NCBI GenBank assembly: GCA_047638695.1
Contig: JBLINY010000002.1
Location: 11-64,010 of the forward strand
DNA: 64,000 nucleotides
Direction: 5' to 3'
From: Acidimicrobiales bacterium
Lineage (GTDB): Bacteria; Actinomycetota; Acidimicrobiia; Acidimicrobiales; SZUA-35
The first letter of the stretch is position 1; the number at the start of each line of letters is the position of its first letter. Below the pieces are notes generated by a model that saw nothing but the letters and a program-made list of their open reading frames with translations, did no database searches and was not told the origin of the DNA. This document shows, piece after piece, positions 30,804 through 37,050 of this stretch. A program made the translations under genes and the position numbers.

Positions 30804-31522
30804 GCTCGCTACTTGTCGCCGAAGACGTGGTCGCTGGGTATTTGCCGGGAATCAACATCCTGAACGGTGTGAACCTGACGCTTGCTGAAGGCGAGCTGGT
30901 CGCAATCATCGGCCCGAATGGTGCTGGCAAGTCGACGCTGTTGAAGTCGATGTTCGGACTGGTCTCTGTGCGATCAGGGTCGATCCTGCTACGCGAGGAA
31001 GAGATCAGCTCCCTTCCTGCGCACAGCTTGGTGGCCAAAGGGGTTGGCTACGTACCCCAACGCGAGAACGTCTTTCCTTCGCTGACCGTCGAAGAGAACC
31101 TGAAGATGGGCCTCTACCTTCGGCCCGAGGCGTGGGAAGAGCGCCACGAGTACGTCTCCGGACTTTTCCCCCTGCTCAGCGATCGCCGCAGCCAGCGAGC
31201 CGGCTACCTATCCGGCGGCGAACGCCAGATGGTGGCGATGGCCCGAGCACTGATGATGGACCCCCTGGTTTTGCTTCTCGATGAGCCTTCGGCCGGGCTC
31301 TCACCAAAGCTGCAGGAGACGGTTTTTCTGCGAGTCCGCGAGATCGCCGATGCGGGAGTTTCCATCGTGATGGTCGAGCAGAACGCAAGTCGCTGCCTTC
31401 AGATATGCGACCGCGGATACGTCCTGGACCAAGGTGCGAATGCTTACACCGACACCGGCGAGGCGCTCCTCAAGGACCCAAAGGTGATCGCGTTGTACCT
31501 GGGAACCCTCGGCAAAGACTGA
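30800..31522 (+). CDS. livF: ABC transporter ATP-binding protein (LivF type)
   Basis: GPNGAGKST, LSGGERQ and LLLDEPS motifs. Confidence 0.93.
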   Translation: MSSLLVAEDVVAGYLPGINILNGVNLTLAEGELVAIIGPNGAGKSTLLKSMFGLVSVRSGSILLREEEISSLPAHSLVAKGVGYVPQRENVFPSLTVEENLKMGLYLRPEAWEERHEYVSGLFPLLSDRRSQRAGYLSGGERQMVAMARALMMDPLVLLLDEPSAGLSPKLQETVFLRVREIADAGVSIVMVEQNASRCLQICDRGYVLDQGANAYTDTGEALLKDPKVIALYLGTLGKD

Positions 31523-31526
31523 GAGT

Positions 31527-31575
31527 TCCAAAAAAACAAGATGGGCCCGGCAAAAGCCGGACCCATCTGCTGTTT
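31527..31575. terminator. bidirectional intrinsic terminator between convergent livF and the binding-protein gene
   Basis: Hairpin at 31540-31567: GATGGGCCCGGC-AAAA-GCCGGACCCATC, with 11 of 12 pairs. AAAAAAACAA lies on the left, which reads as a U-run on the minus strand. TGCTGTTTCGAGTTTCG lies on the right. Confidence 0.7.
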
Positions 31576-31590
31576 CGAGTTTCGAAACGA

Positions 31591-32946
31591 CTAGCCGATC
31601 GTGAGCGAGATCTGATCCTCGGTCACGGCAGTTCCTTCGGCATCGTAGGTGTAAATATCGTAGGCACCAGAGGTCGGTTCACCGACGTCGTTCAGGTCGA
31701 CCAGACCCGAGGCGCCCTGGTAGTTGATGTCGCCACCGGCAGCAAGGATCGTGGCACACGCCTCGTACGAGATGCACTCTTCCCCGTCATTGGTGACCGT
31801 CAACATCTCGCCGACGATGTCAGCCGAGTCGATGCTTCCTGCTGCCAGCGCAGCCAGTGCCATCACGTTGACACAGTCATAGAAGTGACCCGAGAAGATG
31901 GTTGGCGTGCCGGGGGCAAAGGCCTCGAGACGATCGAGGAAGCCGGGCTCGCCATCGGCGGGAGCAGCCGACGGAGCGGTACCGCGGACACCCTCAAGCA
32001 CCGACAGATCGTCCGGGTTGACCCCTTCGGCAGTCACGGCGTCTTTGAAGCCGTCGGTTACGTAGACGGCAACATCGTCGGGACCAACGCCAGCTTCGAT
32101 CATGCCCTGCATCACGGCTGCGCCTTCAGCGAAGGTGATGAGGACGATGCTGTCGACACCAGCGGCAGCGATCTCACCGATCTCTGCATCGAAGGATGTG
32201 GCGCTCGGATCGAGCGCGACCTGTGCGGCCACGGTGACTCCGTTTGCTTCAAGCCCAGCAACGAGCGATTCGTTGAAGCCAACGCCGTACTCGTCGTTCC
32301 GGTAGATGACGCCGACGCTACTCACACCATCGTCGGTCATCAGGTCGGCCAGCACCGGGCCTTGGATCGAGTCAGGTGGCGACGTGCGGAAGTAGAAGCC
32401 GCCGTCATCGTAGGTACTGAAGACCGAACCGGTGGTCGAACCGGAGCACTCAACGATTCCCGAGCCGGTGATCTTGTCGATGACACCGAGGGTGACGGAA
32501 GTTCCGGCTGGGCCGAGAATGACGCTGACGTCGTCGTTGATCAGCGCATCCACGGTGGCCGAGGCAATGTTCACGTCGGTTCCGCTGTCACCGGGGATAA
32601 GCGAGACGTTGCCGCCGGCCGCGTTGATCTCCTCGACCGCCATCTCAGATGGCTTGACCAGCGCGTCGATAATGGCCGAAAGCGCGCCGGTTTGCGGCAG
32701 CACATAACCAATCACCAAGGTCTCCTCGGTTCCCATCGCTCCGTCACCACCCGATCCTGCGTCCGGGTCGGCGGCTTCGGTCGTGTCGGCTGTGTCGTCG
32801 GCTTCCGCTGTGTCGTCGACTTCCGTCGTGTCGGGAGCTTCGGTGGTGGCTGCACCACCGTCGCTCGAGTCTGAGTCTGATCCGCAGGCTGCTGCTACAA
32901 GGCACATTGCCAAGAGCGTGCCAAGGATCTTGAAGGGCTTTTTCAT
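31591..32946 (-). CDS. ABC transporter substrate-binding lipoprotein (branched-chain amino acid / Peripla_BP_6 type)
   Basis: 451 aa. Lipobox LVAAACGS is followed by an acidic D/T/E/A-rich linker and a type I periplasmic binding fold. Confidence 0.9.
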   Translation of the reverse strand: MKKPFKILGTLLAMCLVAAACGSDSDSSDGGAATTEAPDTTEVDDTAEADDTADTTEAADPDAGSGGDGAMGTEETLVIGYVLPQTGALSAIIDALVKPSEMAVEEINAAGGNVSLIPGDSGTDVNIASATVDALINDDVSVILGPAGTSVTLGVIDKITGSGIVECSGSTTGSVFSTYDDGGFYFRTSPPDSIQGPVLADLMTDDGVSSVGVIYRNDEYGVGFNESLVAGLEANGVTVAAQVALDPSATSFDAEIGEIAAAGVDSIVLITFAEGAAVMQGMIEAGVGPDDVAVYVTDGFKDAVTAEGVNPDDLSVLEGVRGTAPSAAPADGEPGFLDRLEAFAPGTPTIFSGHFYDCVNVMALAALAAGSIDSADIVGEMLTVTNDGEECISYEACATILAAGGDINYQGASGLVDLNDVGEPTSGAYDIYTYDAEGTAVTEDQISLTIG

Positions 32947-33082
32947 TGTTCTCCTCCAGGGAGTGTGACGTACGGGGGTGGCGCAGCATATTTACTGCGC
33001 CACGACTTGCAAATCTGCGCAGCGGTTTGCTACCGGATAGACGCTAGCACCGGCTCAGGGCCACAAACCGCCACACCGTCGG

Positions 33083-34312
33083 CTAGCCGGCCGCACCAAT
33101 CTCGACCCGCGGTGGTAGTGGCTGGTCTCGCTTGGTCGAGCGTTCGCGCTCCCTAGCGTCGTTGACAATGGCTCCGAGAGCCACCGATCCCATCGCCGAC
33201 ACAAATCCCTGGGCACCAACGCCGCTGGGCACGCCTGAGCCCATGGCCAGCCGGAGGCCATCGGTGGGCCAAAGACGTTGCGGGGTGTAGTCGCCACCCT
33301 CCACGAAATTCTGCCAGGCCCCGTTCACGCCGGACACTTGGAGCTGCCCCGATTGTCCCATTACGAAGTTGGACCCGAATGCCCAGTTGAGGGCATGGAG
33401 TTCGGAATCGGTCAGATCATCAAGAGAAGACCACGACCGGGAGGCCGGGATCACACCGGTAAGGAGAGCTGCCACCGCTTCGTACACACCCGGGCTGAGG
33501 TCGGAGCCAATGTCACTCCCCACCCTGTAGTCGCCACCGTAGGGGCCACCGACCATGACGTGGGGCTGCCCATCGCCATCGGTCCAGATCGTTCCTTCCG
33601 GCCTCTCGGCCCACACCGCGGCCCCGGCCGGGAACGCGACGTCTATGCCCGCTTCCAACATGACGTTGCGGATCACTGACCATGTGAGATCGACACCGTC
33701 AAAGGTTGCGCCAAGGGCAGCACCAACAACGAGCCGGAACGGCTCGAACGGTGGCAGCGGATGGCGTCGCAGGAGAGCGGCGGTTCGGCCGCTGAGATCG
33801 TCCTCGTCGGACCGCAGTTGGTCATAGGCCCGACGGGAACGATCGATGGCATCGTCTGCGTCTTGCTGTCGCTGCTCGGCGAAGTAGAGATCGATGCTGG
33901 TCGCTACATTGCTCTCGCCGCCGATCGCCAGCTCAGCTTTCAGATCGGCAACAGTCCGGCGGAGCCGCTTTGCCTCCTCGTAGTGATCGTTGGCCGCCTG
34001 CAGCTCACGGTCGGAGCGAATCAGTAAGTCCTCCAGCTCCTCGGCGTGACTGCCAAGCGCGTCAGCCACCGCAGCAATGGCGAGCGGTGTCGACTCGAGT
34101 TGGCGCGCCGTCTCGGCTGTGAGGTCTGCGAATGCCTGAGCCGCCATTCCCTCGAATCCGGGCTGCGTCGTGACGGCACTTCCAATCCGGTCGACGACAT
34201 CAACCAGTCGGTCGTGTTGGGCCACAAGGTCGGTTTCGAGCCGGCGGTAGACCTCGGGAGAACCCACGATGGCGTCGGTCTCGACGCGGAACACTTCGGT
34301 CCAGGTCTTCAT
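33083..34312 (-). CDS. hypothetical protein: helical WXG100-like N-terminal domain plus an unknown roughly 200 aa C-terminal domain
   Basis: The ATG at 34312 forms an ATGA overlap with the upstream stop. The N-terminus is MKTWTEVFRVETDAIVGSPEVYRRLETDL...QPGFEGMAAQAFADLTAETARQLE. F-E-G-x-AA-x-AF sits where WXG100 proteins carry W-x-G, and coiled-coil-like helices follow. The C-terminal half has no motif I recognise. Confidence 0.7.
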   Translation of the reverse strand: MKTWTEVFRVETDAIVGSPEVYRRLETDLVAQHDRLVDVVDRIGSAVTTQPGFEGMAAQAFADLTAETARQLESTPLAIAAVADALGSHAEELEDLLIRSDRELQAANDHYEEAKRLRRTVADLKAELAIGGESNVATSIDLYFAEQRQQDADDAIDRSRRAYDQLRSDEDDLSGRTAALLRRHPLPPFEPFRLVVGAALGATFDGVDLTWSVIRNVMLEAGIDVAFPAGAAVWAERPEGTIWTDGDGQPHVMVGGPYGGDYRVGSDIGSDLSPGVYEAVAALLTGVIPASRSWSSLDDLTDSELHALNWAFGSNFVMGQSGQLQVSGVNGAWQNFVEGGDYTPQRLWPTDGLRLAMGSGVPSGVGAQGFVSAMGSVALGAIVNDARERERSTKRDQPLPPRVEIGAAG

Positions 34313-34623
34313 CGCCCACTCCCGGCTGGACTCGGTACCAACGAGCCGATGTCCCACTGAGCGGCCAAGATCTGATCGGCGGCGACGAAGGCCTCCAGAG
34401 TTTCATCGATCGCCGTCTCGATGACCCTGACCTCGTCGGCCAACCGCTGTCGCATGCGATCGAGGTCGCCGATGAACTGGTCGAGCAGTTCCTGCATCTG
34501 GGGCGCACCGATCACAACCGGCAACGTGATCGCTTCAATTGTTTCCACCTCGTCGGCCAGCTGGTCGAACGACTGGGCCAACGAAGCAACCACTTCGTGT
34601 GTTACTGAGATCGTGCCGTTCAT
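34309..34623 (-). CDS. small helical protein, EspC/DUF2580-like or WXG100-like (104 aa)
   Basis: MNGTISVTHEVVASLAQSFDQLADEVETIEA... is all-helical in character and about 100 aa long. It has ATGA overlaps with both neighbours. Family assignment is tentative. Confidence 0.65.
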   Translation of the reverse strand: MNGTISVTHEVVASLAQSFDQLADEVETIEAITLPVVIGAPQMQELLDQFIGDLDRMRQRLADEVRVIETAIDETLEAFVAADQILAAQWDIGSLVPSPAGSGR

Positions 34624-35159
34624 GCCGCATCACGCCGCTGCTGCTCCTGGTGATCCCGCAGTTGTTTGGCTGTCAGGGCGGCGTGCGCCCGTTGGAGGTG
34701 GGGAGGCAGCTTCTCGACCTGCCTGAGTGTCAGTGGAGCCAGCTTCCTCCGAACAAGCAGAACCTCCCCCTGGCGGTGGGTGGCGTTGAACCGACTCGTG
34801 CGATCGACGGCCCGCCAGAACGGGCTGTTCTTACCACCGCGCATGCCGAGGCCGAGTTCGAACGCCCAGTTCACCGGGTCGAGATCGTATCCCTCGGGTT
34901 GGATCTCTAATCCCGCTGCTAGGCGCCGTAACAACAACGTCGCCGTTGGCCCCAGGATGCTGACCCAGTAGCGCTCGACATACAGGCTGCGAGGGTCATG
35001 GCCGAGTTGATCGAGCGTCGCGTCTTCCCAGGGCTTTACCTGCAACCGCTTCTCTGGGAACACAGGGCCCAGATCGTTGATGGGCCGAGGTATCGGCACC
35101 GCCGACATTGCCGGGCCTCCTGGAGGATTGGGTCCATCAGGTGGTGTCAGTTCGTTCAT
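34620..35159 (-). CDS. hypothetical protein, possible winged-helix DNA-binding protein (179 aa)
   Basis: Proline-rich N-terminus, then YVERYWVSILGPTATLLLRRLAAGL...VNWAFELGLG...SPFWRAVDRTSRFNATHRQGEVLLVRRKL. This looks like a helix-helix-wing pattern. The C-terminal helix is basic. First gene of the operon. Confidence 0.65.
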   Translation of the reverse strand: MNELTPPDGPNPPGGPAMSAVPIPRPINDLGPVFPEKRLQVKPWEDATLDQLGHDPRSLYVERYWVSILGPTATLLLRRLAAGLEIQPEGYDLDPVNWAFELGLGMRGGKNSPFWRAVDRTSRFNATHRQGEVLLVRRKLAPLTLRQVEKLPPHLQRAHAALTAKQLRDHQEQQRRDAA

Positions 35160-35214
35160 CGCCGTTTACGCCTTTCATACCCTCCGCTCACTTTGAGAGG
35201 AGTTGAGAGTATTT

Positions 35215-35243
35215 AAGGTAAATAACAGTAGTTAAATTGTCAA
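35215..35243 (-). promoter_or_regulatory. putative sigma-70-type promoter of the three-gene operon
   Basis: The minus strand reads TTGACA (complement of 35238-35243), a 17 nt spacer, then TACCTT (complement of 35215-35220). It lies about 55 nt upstream of the ATG at 35159, inside the most AT-rich stretch of the window. Confidence 0.4.
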
Positions 35244-35294
35244 GACCGCAGACAGTAGTTTTTTATGAGAGAGTGACTCTTAGTGGCAGTAGTT
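35226..35294 (-). repeat. three direct repeats of AACTACTG (plus strand CAGTAGTT) in the AT-rich intergenic region
   Basis: Exact 8-mers at 35226-35233, 35253-35260 and 35287-35294, spaced 27 and 34 nt apart. On the plus strand each is followed by an A/T run. The first lies in the spacer of the putative promoter. Confidence 0.6.
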
Positions 35295-35330
35295 TTCAGT
35301 AACCGTCAGGGGTTTGCGTGTCAGACACCG

Positions 35331-35843
35331 TCATTCCCCCCGGAAGTCGAGATCGGGCACGGAGCGATCGGTCATCTCGCGGGCGACCAGACGCAGCTCT
35401 TCGAGCGTTGGTCGACCGACGAAGTACCAGCCGTTGAAGATGTGGGAGATCGTGAGATCGGGCAACAAACCAAACGTGAATGGCACCGGCAGCGGCCCGT
35501 GGGTCGAATCGGTGGTCTCGCTGATCCCCAGCTGGTTCGTCAACGAGCGGTCTTCGTCGCTGAGGAAGTGGAACTTGGCTCCGAGCCCTGCCTTGAACGC
35601 TTCGAGAACCCGCGGCGGATCAACCGATATGGCCGCGACCTGTTGGTAGGCGACCTTGGTGGCGTCTGAGAACTGGACCAGTTCTCGCAGCTGAAGCTGT
35701 CATTTGGGTCACCAGGGCCCACGGAAGAATGCCAGGAACAGCGGTTGGCCTTGGGCCACCTCACCGATTGAGATGGCCTGGCCCCGGTCGTTGGTCAGTG
35801 TCACGTCGGGGAAGATGTCGCCGACCTGCAGGTTCAACGGCAT
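35331..35843 (-). CDS. PRX_like2 / redoxin (AhpC-TSA family) protein with two in-frame TGA codons at the CxxC positions: candidate UxxU selenoprotein
   Basis: A single 170-codon reverse frame reads MPLNLQVGDIFPDVTLTNDRGQAISIGEVAQGQPLFLAFFRGPW-TGA-PK-TGA-QLQLRELVQFSDATKVAYQQVAAISVDPPRVLEAFKAGLGAKFHFLSDEDR...NGWYFVGRPTLEELRLVAREM. The TGA codons are the complements of 35709-35711 and 35700-35702. The family motif is F-[FY]-R-G-x-W-C-P-x-C. The track shows only fragments (35331-35543). Confidence 0.7.
35668..35686 (-). promoter_or_regulatory. SECIS-like hairpin downstream of the two TGA codons
   Basis: Minus-strand RNA GAGAACU-GGUCC-AGUUCUC: a perfect 7 bp stem with a loop containing GGUC. It starts 13 nt after the second TGA and 22 nt after the first. 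Confidence 0.55.
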
Positions 35844-35848
35844 AACTT

Positions 35849-36988
35849 CTATGCCGACATTTGCCACGACGCATCGGCGGCGGGCAGATTGAAGAGGCGG
35901 GCCGTGTTGTCTCGGAAGATGTCCTGGTGCTGCTGCTCGGTGAGGTGTGAAGCCTGCTCGGCGATGAGCTCACGGGAACGGGGCCAGGTTGAGTCGGTGT
36001 GCGGAAAATCGCTGGCCCACAACAGGTGCGTGTGATCGACAAAATTCGTCGTGTGATAGGCGGTCACATCGTCTTGGAACGTAGCCCAGACATTGCTGCG
36101 GATGTACTCACTCGGCAGCTTCGAGAGACCTTCCAGAAGGCCATCTTCTGCGTTCATCCTGGCTGCGTGGTCCATGCGGTACATGTAGTGCGGCAGCCAG
36201 CCGGCGTCGCTCTCGGCAACCACAAGCTTCAAGTCGGGATGGCGTTCGAAAACACCACCCAACGTCATCATGCCAATCACGTCCTGGATTGCCCGAATGA
36301 TTCCGAGGAAGCTGTTGAGGTGATGACCACGGGGCTTGGTGTGGAGGCTGCCCGCTCGCGAGGTGAGGATGTGGAAACAGATCGGTAGATCGAGATCGAC
36401 TGCGCACTCCCAGAGAGCGTCGTAGTCAGCGTGGTCATAGTCCTCGTGGATTGGATCGCCCGGCATCATCATGCCGACCATTCCCATCTCCTTGGCCCGA
36501 ACGAAATCGGCGATCGCCCCGTCGACACTGAGAACTGCGGTCTGCGCCAGCCCGAAGATGCGGTCGGGAGCCTCGGCGCACATACCTTGCAGCCAACGGT
36601 TGTAGGCAAGCATGCAGGCATTCTTGTAATCTGGGTCGCGGTGCATGAACAGGCCCATGCCAACCGAGGCGTAGATCAACTCGGCGGCTAGACCATCCTG
36701 ATCCATGAACGGAACCCGTTCCTTGCCCAAGTATGCGGCAGGCCGAACGTCGTCAAACCGCATGGTCTTGGCTCTGGCATTGCGTTCCTTCGGGCCAAAG
36801 CCGGCCCCGTCGACGAAACCCAACGCGATCGGACGCTTCATGCCGGGCACGACGAATGCCTCGGTGCCATCGTCTTGTTCAATCACCCGCGGCGCGTCGT
36901 CGCGGTACTTCGGATCGATGAAGTCGACATAACAGTTCGGTGGTTCACATACGTGACCGTCAGCAGAAATGATGCCAGCAGGAATCAT
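35849..36988 (-). CDS. amidohydrolase-2 family protein (ACMSD-like metal-dependent hydrolase/decarboxylase)
   Basis: 379 aa, MIPAGIISADGHVCEP..., with SDFPHTDSTWP near the C-terminus. Its stop is 5 nt upstream of the redoxin ATG. Confidence 0.85.
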   Translation of the reverse strand: MIPAGIISADGHVCEPPNCYVDFIDPKYRDDAPRVIEQDDGTEAFVVPGMKRPIALGFVDGAGFGPKERNARAKTMRFDDVRPAAYLGKERVPFMDQDGLAAELIYASVGMGLFMHRDPDYKNACMLAYNRWLQGMCAEAPDRIFGLAQTAVLSVDGAIADFVRAKEMGMVGMMMPGDPIHEDYDHADYDALWECAVDLDLPICFHILTSRAGSLHTKPRGHHLNSFLGIIRAIQDVIGMMTLGGVFERHPDLKLVVAESDAGWLPHYMYRMDHAARMNAEDGLLEGLSKLPSEYIRSNVWATFQDDVTAYHTTNFVDHTHLLWASDFPHTDSTWPRSRELIAEQASHLTEQQHQDIFRDNTARLFNLPAADASWQMSA

Positions 36989-37050
36989 GGAGGCCTTTCG
37001 TTAGATGGAGCACTCGTGGAGGGAGCACAGTTGAATCGAGGGCTCGTGGA

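Noticed and set aside
31405-32874. 489 aa plus-strand ORF
   Set aside because: It is antisense to the well-supported substrate-binding lipoprotein gene and overlaps the livF 3' end. It has no recognisable motifs.
32978-33003. 9 bp stem hairpin GTGGCGCAG-CATATTTA-CTGCGCCAC as a terminator of the three-gene operon
   Set aside because: There is no U-tract on either side. It lies 80 nt past the stop and could equally be part of the binding-protein gene's promoter region. Evidence is insufficient.
35700-35711. Genome-wide reassignment of TGA (for example to Trp or Gly) as an explanation for the in-frame TGAs
   Set aside because: Many well-supported genes in the window terminate at TGA at the expected protein ends (metK, mihF, mltG, the ATGA junctions). 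In addition, the interrupted positions are specifically the two Cys of a CxxC motif.
35283-35764. Track ORFs 35283-35669 (+), 35331-35543 (-) and 35540-35764 (-) as separate small genes
   Set aside because: The 70 aa minus-strand ORF is just the C-terminal part of the redoxin frame, called from an internal TTG. The other two are out of frame or antisense and have no family resemblance. A single recoded CDS explains the region better.
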